The notes: generated by a model from the sequence alone, not told the origin. A DNA stretch of 63,709 bases, filler included, from Lenisia limosa (GCA_001655205.1; 13 parts of 13 records of this genome joined end to end with filler, not necessarily neighbours in it); one strand, 5' to 3'; shown: positions 36,836 through 55,684, counted from the first letter of the whole stretch. Numbers and translations: made by a program.

Positions 36836-38449
36836 TCACGATTTCACCTCAGCCCTGAGGTAATAAATATTTTGATGTTATTTTATGGTTTATGGTGACT
36901 ACGCGAAATAATTAATTGTTATCTTGAGGAGGGGTGATAATAACAAAAAATGACATTAGAAAACCTTAACCACACGAATCTCTCATACTCCCAACCCGTC
37001 CTACCTGCAGGTAGGACATGAAGCATGGCGGTCAAGCCATGGCATTATGCATCCTTTGTGGAAATGATGAGCACACGGCAATGACACTGTGGTTGAAGAA
37101 ACCTTTAACATGAGAATTGAGAAGCATTGTTTTCATCAGGGTGACTACAATCTCTGATCATGTTTCGCCTCTGCACACCCATCTTTCTCACATCTACGAC
37201 CAACCTCGAAGCTGTCTTGGCAAACAACACAGTCTTCACCCAGAAGCGGATCTAGAGTGTGAGTGGATAATATATTGTAATATATTAATGTATATATGTA
37301 TACATACAAATTAGATATGAACTGTTGTCCTCACAAAATGTAAGAATAATAGATAATGGGAAGTAAATATTAACTTTAATAAAAACATCCTTAAATTACC
37401 TCCTGCCTGCAGGGTTTTTTCCACAAGCAACTTTCGGTTTTCTTTGGATAAAGGAGGAATCCCAGAGCTGCCAAAGTTAGGTTCAAACAAAACAGAAGCT
37501 ACACACTCCAGCAAGGCTTACTCTCCACAGTGGGCTTCGAAGAGCTGATTGAGAACCTCCTCCAAAGACTGCCCGGTACCAGTCTAAAAGATTAGGTACA
37601 CTATTCGTGGAAACACAGAAAATATTCACCCGCTAACAAATGATCCGCCCATCGCATTGCGGAATAAACTAAAAGATGAAACAACATTGGATCAAAATAT
37701 CCCAAACACAATACTTTTGTCAAAAAGAGAATAAGAAACTTCGTAATCACAAACCTAAAGAGTGGAGCAATCCCATCCTGATCTAAACAATGAATATTTT
37801 ACTATCATCTAATATCTCTATTAAGCATGATAGTGTGTATAGCCTTGGTCCCCAGATAATACGTTGATCTCATTTAATCACTTGATATGTATAAGGAAGT
37901 AATTCTACTTTGAATATAGCTGAATCCAATACACAGTTAGAAGCCACTCAGCTCACCATTGCCACCAGCTGGATTGAAAAGGTTATTCACCAACCCAAAG
38001 ACCTGAACACATTAATAAATAACAATATCGGGTTACTCGCGATGATTCCCTTGAAATTTTTTTCATAATTACTATTATCATTGTACTATTATTTATAAGA
38101 GGAATAATAATACTGTTTAACCAGCCTCCTCTTATTCAAAAGTTGACAAATGCCCCTCACTGATTGAATTAAATGTGCAGCCTGTTGATTGTTGGAATTT
38201 CTCGTATTATGTGTGCCTTGTGGGTTATGGGTGTGTTGTTGCGAACGTGACAGGTTAATGTGCTCCATTTCCTCCTCTGTAAAGTGACGCAAAGTTGGCA
38301 AAGTCAGATTAGTACGGACACATCAACTTACCTTCTGGTGTTTCTTCTTCAAGCAACTCAATGAAGAATGAACTGCATTGTGGGCAACTTTCTAGTCCTT
38401 CGCCAAGAAAGTGCGACTCACATTCGTGGCAAAAATATGTGGCTCTCAT
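36836..38449 (-). CDS. RNF126: RNF126/RNF115-like RING-H2 E3 ubiquitin ligase with an N-terminal zinc ribbon
   Basis: N-terminus [35 protein letters not shown]; middle [10 protein letters not shown] and GIPPLSKE; RING-H2 [46 protein letters not shown]. Confidence 0.9.
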
Positions 38450-38730
38450 GTGTATTGATTAGAAAAACAAAGAAGGGAAAAGTTAAAAACTACTCTTGGC
38501 CTTCATTTGCTATTTTTTTTATATATCTTCTTACTTTTAGCAAAAGGAACAAGGGAATGGTGCAAAGGTGGTAAAGTGGCAAAGTGGCAAAGGCTTCCAC
38601 TAAGAAATACGCGACCGTAATGTTGTATATTATAAAAAAATAATTTTCGGTCCAGTCCAATTCAATTACATTTGAAAGGAGCCATACAATAAGTGAAAAG
38701 AAGACAAATTTCTGAGTTTACGATCTTCAG

Positions 38731-44618
<5,888 letters not shown>

Positions 44619-44952
44619 ATTGTTCTTGTTTGTTTGTTAGTTCTGTATTCTATGGCGTCTATATGGATGTTTGTTTTTCTCTTCAATCAAGGGACTGAAC
44701 AGTGTTGGTGTGTGTGTGGGGCAAGTGTGGGGTGGGTTGGAGAATGTTGAAACAATCAACTCACAAGATACAAATCCCGCTGTTTTTTGGCGCCAAGTCC
44801 CGCCACCGCTTTTTTCAGCTTTTTTTTTTTATAAAAACTGTAGCAGTGACTTTAGTACTTAAGTTATTGTTTGTTGTAAATTTAAATAATTCATTTAAAA
44901 CAACAAGGAAATCTTGTTGGTTGAGAAGTTGAGTTTTCGTGGGTTGGGTAAA

Positions 44953-46980
44953 ATGACCCAAGTTGTCGAAAATGTCAGCGAGGAGGAGTATTTGACTGAG
45001 GAAGTGCACTATTTACAGAAGTTGGCTGACAACACAGTGTTCCTCCTAACTTTTAGGTCTCGCCGCGAGCTCTCGCGCGTTCAGAAAGTCATTGAAGAAC
45101 TGCTGAAGTCTGATACACCCCCTTCACTCAAAGAGGTAGGCTTGTCCTTCTCATTACTCCATTCCACTGCTCAACCGTCCGTGTTTCATTCTGTGAATCT
45201 TCCTTCTTTCTCGTTGTTGTTCCTCTTTTATTTGATTGCCTTCTTTCCCAGTGCTCTTCTATGGCGGATTTACTATAGATAGTAGTTCACTTTCACTGGA
45301 GTTTTATTGGCGGTTATGTCAATACTAATTGAGTGGTTCATTTTTGTGAAAGTCTTTGTTTTGGCTTGAATATGGCAATATGTTACACAAACAGCCATTA
45401 TTTAAGACCCAGAGTAAAAAAAAAGGGGGGTTCGATATACGAAAAGTAATGAATCAGAGTAAATAAAGGGTTGATATCGGAAAGTAATGAATCATATTCT
45501 AACCATCAGGTACAAGATATCAGCACCCGGGTAGCCAAGTTGGACCGAGGGGTAAGGGGGGGATAAACTCCTTCAACATCACTATGCCACATTTGTCTGT
45601 TCAGTACTCCTTGTGTCACTATTCAGGAGGTACCGCCTTCTGAGACGGAGGGGTCCGAAACGGAGAATACTTTTGAAACTGACTCAATTCGCTCTTCTGA
45701 GGTGGGAGGATTTTATGTGTATGGGGCTCCACAAACTCATGTAATAACAACGTTGGCCAGTTAAAGAAGATGCAGAAATCACTATTTTTCTCTTATCCAA
45801 GTCCCGGTTGGGTTTATATGTATCACCTAGTGTGAGTTTCTATATTTCTTCTATTTTTAACAATCTCACCGACCAGGCTGACGCTATTCTTGATGGCGAT
45901 GGTAGGAAAGGTGTTGGTGTTGGAGCTCTAAATTATTTCAACAAAAAAAAGTTGAATGTTCTATTCGACTAAACAACAGTATTTTTCACGTATTCAGGGG
46001 AGACAGAGACTGAAGATGGCAAGGTTCGTTGTAGAACTATGTTGAGCTTTTCTCATTATTTATTAATACAATATCATATCATATCTTCAACTAATTCTCA
46101 TAATAAGAGTTTATGTATTGTTTGTATTTCTTTTTTCTCGATATGATGGATAACGAAACCCCAGCCTCGATTGACATTTTACTCACCCCTCAGCCCAACT
46201 TTGAAGACGCTGAGAATGCGTTGAATACCTTGGATCAAGACTTGGAGAATTTTATGGAGAGAACAAGTGAGAAGGGAACAAGACAGGTTCTTTTGGCGAA
46301 ACCAGAGATAGCATCCCTCCAGAAAATAAAAAAGATCATGGTTTCACTTCAGCTCATTGTTCTAGAGCAATATGAAGAGTTCCAACAGAACCTTGACAAA
46401 CAGCAGAAGAAACTGTCACAGTGGGGCTGGGGCTTTTATCTCATAAGTATTTGTGTATCCCTGTTTTTAACATGTTGAATTAATTCAAAACAATGTGAAG
46501 AAAGAAAGCGTCTAAAATTCGAGTCATTTCTGGCCATTTCTCTTTCTTAATTCCAAGATCCATGCCTCTTGGAAGCCATCCACCCCACGAGAATGTCAAA
46601 CCGTGGGTTCGGGCATATTTCTGAGTGTTCTCTGATACCTCTTCCCCTTTGTTTTTCTTGAACGTTTCGGAATAATAACGGTACATAAGCTCTGTTCTTA
46701 TTTTACGATACAGTGAGACTTCCGGATCAAAAAGCGTCTTCAACCCGGTTGGGGGCTTCGGGTGTATCAAAGTGTAAAGCGATGTGTGATTACTTATAGC
46801 TCTTCTAATGTGAATTAATTGCATAATGAAATGCGCAAAATTACCCTTTTTCTTGTATCTGAGTATAAACCAGATGTGTTGTCTTTTCTCACACTCAGGC
46901 TGCGGATACGCAAGCAAGAGAATGGAGGTCACCTTACTCTTTCGGAAGAATCGCCAAATTAGAGTTTGCTAATTTGGCAT
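44953..46980 (+). CDS. Hypothetical acidic/coiled-coil protein; 3' end runs off the scaffold
   Basis: Consistently phased GT-AG exons: MTQVVENVSEEEYLTEEV, SRRELSRVQKVIEELL, EVPPSETEGSETENTFETDS, FEDAENALNTLDQDLENF...LDKQQKKLSQ, SMPLGSHPPHENVKP and ETSGSKSVFNP. Confidence 0.65.
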
Positions 46981-47139
46981 GTGTTGTCTGATTATTGATT
47001 TTCGAAAATTAGTAGTATCCTTATTTCATCAGAAGCTCGNNNNNNNNNNNNNNNNNNNNNNNNNNNNNNNNNNNNNNNNNNNNTTAATTAATTAANNNNN
47101 NNNNNNNNNNNNNNNNNNNNNNNNNNNNNNNNNNNNNNN

Positions 47140-49000
47140 ACTTACTGGTTTAAGACACTCTCATTCCCATCAAGCCAACTCCTCAAGGACCCCGTTTCCC
47201 CACTGTCTCAACTGCTGGAACCTTATTGGCGTTGTTGGCGACCATTAATCCCTTTGTGAAAGTTAACTCTACCAGTATTTGGTGTTTCTTTATCCAAATC
47301 CGTTCATCCTGTCAATAAAAGATATGCTCTGAAAGTATATCCCAACCTGCATGACGTCCCTCGGGAACGGAGTGTCGCCGGTGTTGGTGCAGGCCAGTGA
47401 CTATAACATTAAACAAGACTGTACTTACCTCCAATCCTTTTTCAAGTGAGGTAGAATTGGTGACAACAGCTGCCGCATCCCAGGACACCAAGTAGTGTAC
47501 GGAGGCACGGAGCAGACCAAGTTGATCAACACCGCAGATGCACCAGTCCTGGCAGCTTTCACACCACCAGTCTTCAGCTGATGGAATAAGAACGCTAAAA
47601 CTCTGAGCGTACCGCGACTCCTTCTCCAATGTCACCAGTTGGTGCAACAAACGGGACTCGACGCCTCAGGCCAGGCCCTGATTTTCCATGATCTAGTACT
47701 TGGGATTCATACGGATTCAGCATCATCCTGACTGCTAGATATTAAATAACAACATTAAAGGTGTGATTATGAAACAGTCAAGCCCATTTTACAAATTCCG
47801 CATTTTCTCTCCTTCAATAAATTCAATAAATTCAAGCACCTACTGTCGCATGCTGAAGCAAGAGCTGCACATAAGTCATCAAGGATTCCAGAATGGAATC
47901 GTGACATCTGTAAGTAACTACCGGCAATGGTGCCTTCCCGAATCAATCTTGAGAACCTCTTAAACCGAGTTCAGAAAGGGGGGAAACAATAATAACAAAA
48001 CATTATACTGTATGTATTTTGTCATATTGCTCCTCTAGAAACTAAATATGCTACATAATTACTATTAGTCTTAAACATTAAGATGAACCCAAAGATACAC
48101 GTTCATATTAGCAAGAAAATATCATGCTTTAATTGCCATTTATTGAGACTGCACTCCTTGCCCCCACTGACTTCGTAGGTCATCAACTGGGTCGTTCGGA
48201 CTTTTGAGCGTTGCTCTCTGCCAGGTTAGTCAACAGTTTTTGCAATGAGGAGTTCTCATTTTATTTTGAAAACAACACAATCACACCTGTTTACTACTCC
48301 ATTTTGCTATCAATGTTATGTCCCTCTTTTGTAACTGAAACATTCATTAATCAAAATTTGTTTCAACCCATCATTAATCAAAATTCGTTTCAACCAATCA
48401 TTGTTATTTAAATTCTTGTTAACCCAAACATTGTGTATATGATATGATATTATGTATATCAGAGATTCTGGTGTGATTTTCTTATCTTCCAGGGATGCCT
48501 TCCATCTCCGAACCTTCTCGAAGGGCTGTTTTCTCTTTTACACAATAACGTGGCTTCATGGAACTCGTGGGAGGGGGGGAGGCATAGCAAAATGAAGGGC
48601 AAGGAGGAGGCATAGCAAAATGAAGGGCAAGGAGGAGGCATACATATATTACATACTAATATATGATATGTATATCATATGATATTATAGCAATGAGAAA
48701 TAAAAAAAATGATATATCTGGCTGAAGCCGTCTACACCATCACGCTTATAAGAGATATTGAATTATAGTAACCCATTCGATGCCCCTTGCCCTGACCCCG
48801 CTACAAGCTGAGAGTTGTATGGCAAATAATTGGGTGAATTAATACAATGATACTCATCATACGTCCCCTCCAACCTTACTGTCCCCCTCACAGACCCTCC
48901 ACCGGAACCTGGGTCCATGCCTCTGTCTTCCCGTCCATAATGATGTTCCTGGCCGAACCAAAAATCCTCTCTGGTTTGAGGGGTGCCCATTTCTTCTTAG
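47140..49000 (-). CDS. Hypothetical multi-exon gene fragment
   Basis: GC-richer blocks bounded by splice signals (e.g. ...SLEKGLE|gtaagt, SLACTNTGDTPFPRDVMQ|gttggg). No family recognised. Confidence 0.4.
48690..48765 (-). repeat. Dispersed repeat family 2 (core gtatctggccgaagccgtccacaccatcacgctta)
   Basis: The same core occurs at about 59295-59335 and 61075-61125, inverted at 42301-42350, with partial copies at about 12680, 52905 and 53125-53148. Confidence 0.8.
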
Positions 49001-49319
49001 TGTGGGTGAACAAAACTGTCTCCTATTCGGTTATTTCGAAATATTTCTCTTTTTTTAAGTTTATTCACTAATATTTCCCTCTTTAGTACAGTATGTTTTA
49101 GGACGTAATAGGTTTTCTTCTGCTCATCAAGATGTATACTGTCATTATTATGTCATATTAACCCCCCAGACATACCCCTTGTATTGATATAACCCCCCCA
49201 GACAAACCCCTTGTATNNNNNNNNNNNNNNNNNNNNNNNNNNNNNNNNNNNNNNNNNNNNTTAATTAATTAANNNNNNNNNNNNNNNNNNNNNNNNNNNN
49301 NNNNNNNNNNNNNNNNCGA

Positions 49320-49440
49320 TGAAGAATATTGGCGTAACACGGGGGGAGGGGTAAAATTTGAACATTTATGAAACAAAAAAGCCCTAAATCAACTCTGTTG
49401 GCTGACAACACGCGGGTTGAAAAAAACAAAACAAAGCCCA
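49320..49440. repeat. Dispersed repeat family 3 (gaagaatattggcgta..ggggtaaaattgg..tatgaaacaaaa..aaatcaactctgttggctgacaacac..aaacaaa.cccaggcc)
   Basis: Further copies or parts at 14455-14525, 26886-26932, 35120-35201 (inverted), about 35850-35900 (inverted) and 54585-54655 (inverted). Confidence 0.8.
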
Positions 49441-49589
49441 CACTCTCTCAAATACTGGAATAAAATCTTCAGCGAAAATCTATCCATCAAACTTGCGAAA
49501 CAGGACGTCCAGAAAACAATTTACACAAGGTGGACACAAGATCGAATTTTCCTCATTTTTCGGGGATTTAAACCCATTATGATGTAATA

Positions 49590-52330
49590 TTTCACGAGCC
49601 GACGATGACCCTTGCCCGACACGCTTTAAGGTATTTTATTGCCAAAGTAAAACTTATGAATTTGTAGAAATGTCACTGGTATTGTTGAAACATGTTCTAC
49701 AGGGGCAATATATGCAGATTCTATGTTGAATTGAATTCCCTATTACACCTCTGACTCTCAAGGTCAGCGGTAATGGCTTGTGACTGTTGTCGTCAGTATG
49801 TTGTAAGAGACGGACTATCACATTTAACCTCGTTATTTCCTTTATTCAAAGTTGTATACTCCTCATAGATGAATGTTGTATTAAGCCATAATTTACAGTG
49901 TCGGGAGGACAACCATGTTGAACTTCCCGTGTTTAAGGTCTAAAGACCAAAACACCAGCCCACCATGGAGCCCTATTATCTATTTTGATCTCATAACAAG
50001 TTAAAAACAAGTTAGGGAATGTGGAGGGAGGAGCTCAAATATTTGACGATAGATTGATTGTTCGAAATAAGGGTGAACCTTATTTCTTATTATTTTGTCT
50101 CCACTTTGTCTGTTACTTCTGAAATAAAACTGTTGTTAAACACACTTCTGCATTTAAAACTAGTTTTTGTTTGGCAAAAATGGATAAAAGTACCCTTCAG
50201 GATTATTCAGCAGGGTAAGAAAGTGACGTCCAACATTCAATACATACACAATGAAGCTGTCTGTTTTGGGTGTGTGGTCATGGTAATAAACCTCCTGGGG
50301 GCGGAACCAAAAATGTCTGAATTTTGTACACCCCTCTGAGACCGAAAAATGGGCATAATATGTATATATGCTCACGCTCCTAAACTTCGTTTTTTATTCA
50401 AAACTCCGTTTTTTTTATTATTTTGGTGATTTCTTTCATTGTTGTATGCCATAATTTTCCTTTTCATAACAAAAACAACAAAAGAAGTTTGGAAAAAAAA
50501 TTTTATTTATCATATTTTATATATAAAAAACAGCAAAATCATATACTAACACACAAACTGAAATACAAGCTACACCGTCAGCGTCATCGTGCAAGCTTCT
50601 TGAGCCGACTTGCCTTCAATTTCGTAACTCCACCAGTCCGTACACAAGTTTCGATTGAAATAAGCTCCCCTTGGGTTGTCGGGAGCTTGCAATTACGCTT
50701 CACCTGCGTCTTCANNNNNNNNNNNNNNNNNNNNNNNNNNNNNNNNNNNNNNNNNNNNNNNNNNNNNNNNNNNNNNNNNNNNNNNNNNNNNNNNNNNNNN
50801 NNNNNNNNNNNNNNNNNNNNNNNNNNNNNNNNNNNNNNNNNNNNNNNNNNNNNNNNNNNNNNNNNNNNNNNNNNNNNNNNNNNNNNNNNNNNNNNNNNNN
50901 NNNNNNNNNNNNNNNNNNNNNNNTTATCAGAGATTGGTCCAACAGAATTGAAAAACTTAACCGTTTGCTCAATGAATGAGGCCATTTCTTCATGTTCAAT
51001 TACCGAACAAACCGCAGTAGCAATGGATGTGACTTCATTTAGAACATGTGGGCAGCGTTGTACAGTGGCCGCAAGAGCAGCAGCTGCACCTACAGCTTAG
51101 AGTTATCTTCTGCATCAATATTCTCCTTGAGTCTATCCGATGCTTGGAGAGAAACAGCCTGCTCAAATGCAACAGTGCCTTCCTCTTTGACAGTCTGAAG
51201 CTCGGTGGTACAATGTGCCTTGCCCAAAAGAGATGATTGTAGCATCTTAGGCCAGGCAGGTAAATTGGGGTACAAGTTTGGTGCCTTAAACGGAGCATTC
51301 AAATTGGTAGGTGAGAACAACTTTTTGCAAAACTTGGTGTTGGGGATTGCGTAACCATCTTTTGGGAGTGGTCTGTATATTCTTCCCTGCTCGTAAACCT
51401 TGTTGTCAATCAGCAGTGGTTAATAACCTTCAACTGTGTAACAGCCACAGGCATTCAATGATGCCTTCATAACAGTATGCCTGGGGGCTCTGAGGGATTT
51501 TGACACCATTGTTGCAATTTCAGCCTCTGTGATTGGCCTAGGGAGTGAAATTAAACTCTATTTTAAGAAGAAAGACGTATTTAGAGTCACAAAGTGGTGC
51601 TCATATTATCAGCTTACTTGTTTGGGAAAGATGAACTGTATGACGCAATCAGTCTTCTAAGGCAGTCATTCACCTTGGCGTGATGGTAGGAATCCCCCAC
51701 CTTAATAATCAATATCATTCCTATTATATCATTTCCAATGGGAAAGCTGCACAATATGAAGAACAACAAAAAATAAAAAACGGAGTTTTTGAATAAAAAA
51801 CGGAGTTTAGGAGCGTGAGCATATAGGTTGGTGTTTAAAACCGCGAACATGATTAAAACCGCGAACAAAAAAGGAGGCTTTTCTTTCATTTTTCGACCCA
51901 ATACGCTCCTTATTTACCCCTCTTTCGCTTTGTTTGAAAATTATCGCCCGAAACACTCATTTTATACAGGGTTTTATTCAAAAGCATAGAAGGGGTACCA
52001 ATCCAATATACATGCAAGATACCATCGTTATGACACTTCAATATTGTATGCAAAATACATCAAAAACATGGATTATGGGCCTAAAATCGNNNNNNNNNNN
52101 NNNNNNNNNNNNNNNNNNNNNNNNNNNNNNNNNNNNNNNNNNNNNNNNNNNNNNNNNNNNNNNNNCGCAAAAATGAGCGTAAATTTAACAAAAAATAGGC
52201 GAAAATATGATAGAAGATATTAATAAAACAAGCTAATTTGACTCTCACCTTCTGTGCCGTTACAGAACGTTAAATGAGATACTGATCCAGCATATACTTT
52301 CATCAGGAGTTTATTTCGTCCATTGACTCC
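49590..52330 (-). CDS. Possible hypothetical gene whose intron hosts the pogo-like element
   Basis: A donor at about 52248 (acagaag|gtgag) and an acceptor at about 50337 (ggtctcag|) lie on either side of the element; further exon-like blocks at 49590-50336. Confidence 0.3.
50365..51825. mobile_element. TIR-bounded DNA transposon relic, pogo-like (Tc1/mariner superfamily)
   Basis: About 55-bp inverted repeats: 50365 tatatgctcacgctcctaaacttcgtttttt..attcaaaactccgttttt versus the reverse complement of 51771-51825 aaataaaaaacggagtttttgaataaaaaacggagtttaggagcgtgagcatata. Both ends are TA, and each TIR has a duplicated aactccgttttt subrepeat. Confidence 0.8.
50584..51690 (-). pseudogene. Truncated, spliced pogo/DDE_1-type transposase C-terminal remnant
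   Basis: VNDCLRRLIASYSSSFPNK|PITEAEIATMVSKSLRAPRHTVMKASLNACGCYTVE resembles the pogo post-catalytic motif (W..HPG+PIT..DIA.L...A......I.SGF.ACGI.P), and distal KRNCKLPTTQGELISIE resembles the KR...G..LT.EE tail. No HTH or DDE core is visible; a stop/frame break occurs near 51090. Confidence 0.55.
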
Positions 52331-52935
52331 ATTATATAGGTTGAACAAGGAAAATTCTTGAAAAAACCGTTACAAAAGTTTATTCAAATATCTCAAAACC
52401 CCTACATTTTCTCCAAAAATGGACTTCAGATTCGAATTCTCCTTAAAAATCTGCGTTTCTATGGTGGGGGCACTTTATTATGCTCAAAATGCTACTATTC
52501 TGAAAGAGGGGGGTTTCAAAAAAAAAAATTGGCGTAAAGGAAACTGGGTCACCCCCGCCGGGTTCGATTCTGATCAAAAGATAATTTTTTTCGATTTTTT
52601 TTATCTTCTCTTTTTCTTCTTTTTGGTCAAAATTGCTTTGTTTTGATGTTATTGANNNNNNNNNNNNNNNNNNNNNNNNNNNNNNNNNNNNNNNNNNNNT
52701 TAATTAATTAANNNNNNNNNNNNNNNNNNNNNNNNNNNNNNNNNNNNNNNNNNNNCCGGAACCCAAATCAATCAGGTCTCCACAATGCAATGTGGTTGTC
52801 TGAAAGGTGAAACAAGGCCATGCAATATTCATCATATGATATAATACAATATTATTACATAAAATACTATATTCATAGCGAGATGAGAATCAAAAATACT
52901 TGTATCTGACCGAACACATAAAAGATATATCGATG

Positions 52936-53546
52936 TTAGTCCACCCAATCATTTGCCTTAGAACTCAGTGCACAGATATACATCGATATATGTATAGTTC
53001 CTTTTAATAATGTTGAATAAAATAAAACATTTACAACGTTCTTCAAAACACTCGTCAGTAATTCCCACCATTTTCTTGACCGTATCCCTAGAAAGTCACA
53101 AAAGGAAATCGGAATAAAGGTCAAAGCCGTCACACTATCACGCTTATTGTCTACTTTCCTTTGTCATACATTCCCAACCCCCCCCCCCNNNNNNNNNNNN
53201 NNNNNNNNNNNNNNNNNNNNNNNNNNNNNNNNNNNNNNNNNNNNNNNNNNNNNNNNNNNNNNNNNNNNNNNNNNNCATTGAGGGTGTTGATGACGGCTTG
53301 GTCCGCTGAGAGGCTTACAACATTGAGAAGATCAACTGAGGTTGCTCCAATAGTGTCAACCTGAAGATATGGTGAGAGGAAGGATTGTGAAGGTGGATGT
53401 AAACGATATCAGCACAGGAATCAGGAATGTGGGAATGTACAAAAAATTTTCACCATTCACAGATTATCGAACCTCTCACTAACCTTGAAAGCTGTGGCCA
53501 AATACAGCAAATAACAAATGAAGGTAGCAATGCAAGTCAGTTTCAT
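52936..53546 (-). CDS. Small secreted protein (hypothetical)
   Basis: Signal-peptide-like MKLTCIATFICYLLYLATAFK|, then VDTIGATSVDLLNVVSLSADQAVINTLN, DTVKKMVGITDECFEER and ICALSSKANDWVD*. Confidence 0.5.
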
Positions 53547-53791
53547 TTTCCCTGCTGAGTTCACCTTTCTTTCTCTTTCTCTTCACTTCTTTGTCTCCTC
53601 TTCAATGTCTCCTCGAAAATTCTATCGAGCCAACAACAAAGTACAAAAGAAAAAGGCTGTGAGAAATCACAAACCGTGAATTGACACGTCGTGGATGAAT
53701 CTTCTGAAAAAATAATTATCCGTATTTATTTCGGGCACAATCAAAATAGTTTAAGTATATATAGTTATTTGAAGACTTTGAATTTATCAAT

Positions 53792-53865
53792 GGAAGATTG
53801 GTGTAGTTGGTTATCACGTCTGCTTTACACGCAGAAGGCCGTGGGTTCGAATCCCGCATTTTCCT
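53792..53865 (+). tRNA. trnV-UAC: tRNA-Val(UAC), intronless
   Basis: Acceptor stem GGAAGAT/ATTTTCC; anticodon arm TCTGC-TT-TAC-AC-GCAGA; T arm GTGGG-TTCGAAT-CCCGC; T-run Pol III terminator immediately downstream. Confidence 0.95.
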
Positions 53866-54041
53866 TGTTTTTTTTTGTTTGTTTATTAAAAGAGTATAAA
53901 CCCTGCAGATTTTGGGATATAAAATTTTTTTTTCTTCTTTTTTTTTCAATCGCTAACTTGCTGATTAGGTTTGTTTGTAGTTAAGTGGTGTAGTGGTACA
54001 AATTTATTGAAGAAAAACTGACCTGATTTTCTGCCGACAAA

Positions 54042-54277
54042 ATGATGAAGACTGCCCTCGTCGTACTCTTCGCCATTGTGGCCTTCTGCAGTGCCACTGG
54101 TGCGGGACCATACCCACCTAACCCTCCCGATAGGCAATTCACGCCAGGATGCAATATTGTAAGTGTTCTCTTCGTGTTAGGACCACCGCTCACTCCGTTT
54201 AGTCCGACATCATGGAGTCCTTCTGCTCAAACGGCCTCGATTTCATTGAACTCCCTGAAGATGACACTGTTGAGGTC
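54042..54277 (+). CDS. Secreted protein N-terminus (hypothetical, partial)
   Basis: Signal peptide MMKTALVVLFAIVAFCSATGA, then GPYPPNPPDRQFTPGCNI|gtaagt and a second exon SFCSNGLDFIELPEDDTVE. Confidence 0.6.
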
Positions 54278-55612
54278 TATCTTCTTCGCTCTCCTGTTAG
54301 CTGGATGATGAGCTCATCTAGTTTATCCAAATCGAACACTTCTTTCCTTGAATGTGACGCTTTGATGACAACTATTTGTGGAATATTGACAGAATTATTA
54401 AAACCTTGGATAACTTTTTTGGGCTGTAAGCTGAGTGATATATTCGTATCTTTTCTTTCACGTTCCATTGTTTCCCTTTCTCTCTCTCTCCTGTCTCTCT
54501 CCTGTCTCTCTCTCCCCGCTTATTTCCTTCCTTTCACCCCCCCCCCTGTGCGTTTTCACACTTCCCAGTTATTTCAGGCAAATCACGGCCTGGGCTTTGT
54601 TTGTTTTATTGTCAGCCAACAGAGTTTCATAAATTTCCAATTCCACACACCCCCCATCACCACCAGCACCACACCGTACATTTTCATTGAACCTGTTCTT
54701 CATCCCCCCCCCCCCCNNNNNNNNNNNNNNNNNNNNNNNNNNNNNNNNNNNNNNNNNNNNTTAATTAATTAANNNNNNNNNNNNNNNNNNNNNNNNNNNN
54801 NNNNNNNNNNNNNNNNCACCCGCAGTTCGCAAGGAGCTGGATTGGAGTTCAGCATTGGCGGGCTGAATGTGGCCACCACCTTCGTAGACCTTTTCGATGT
54901 TGTAAGAGGGGTAGGAATCTATTTTTTGGGGATGAGTTCTATATTTGAGGACAAGTTTTGTTTTTACTTGGGTGGAGGATTTATCGAGAAACAAGGTCAT
55001 TTTTCGAACCGAAATGAAGTCCTAAGTTAGTGTTCATTTACACCTGTCATACAAAACTCAATAAAAGCAGAAAACTCCTCCTCATCCCTCATAACTTTCC
55101 GATAATCAAATCTCCCCCCCCCCTCCAATCATCATCCTTCATGTATAACCGTCTCACGAAAACTATCCATATTATTCTTGTTTTTTTCGAACTGAAATGA
55201 AGCCCTTTATATACTTATCTCGTATTATCATAAAATAATAATTCCGATTGCTATCATCATGGAGTTGAGGCATGAAGTCATTGCAAAGATACCGCGTCTT
55301 TCCTTTCAGTTCACTGGTAGCATAGTATTGCATTATATTCAGCATGTTCCACATTAGATTGATCCCCCCCCCCCNNNNNNNNNNNNNNNNNNNNNNNNNN
55401 NNNNNNNNNNNNNNNNNNNNNNNNNNNNNNNNNNNNNNNNNNNNNNNNNNNNNNNNNNNNNNNNNNNNNNNNNNNNNNNNNNNNNNNNNNNNNNNNNNNN
55501 NNNNNNNNNNNNNNNNNNNNNNNNNNNNNNNNNNNNNNNNNNNNNNNNNNNNNNNNNNNNNNNNNNNNNNNNNNNNNNNNNNNNNNNNNNNNNNNNNNNN
55601 NNNNNNNNNNNN

Positions 55613-55684
55613 GAATTTGTCGATAAAACCTTGAACTATCGATATTTTCTCGAGTTTTTTTTTTCGAACGGAAGTATGAAGCCG
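55613..55684. mobile_element. MITE family 1 partial copy
   Basis: gaatttgtcgataaa...tatcgatatt...ttttcgaacggaagtatgaagcc. Confidence 0.55.

Noticed and set aside
46480-46932. 150-aa intronless minus-strand ORF as a foreign or nested gene
   Set aside because: It overlaps three in-phase GT-AG exons of the + strand gene starting at 44953; shadow ORF.
52540-52575. tRNA-like GGTTCGATTC box
   Set aside because: No cloverleaf or A-box context.
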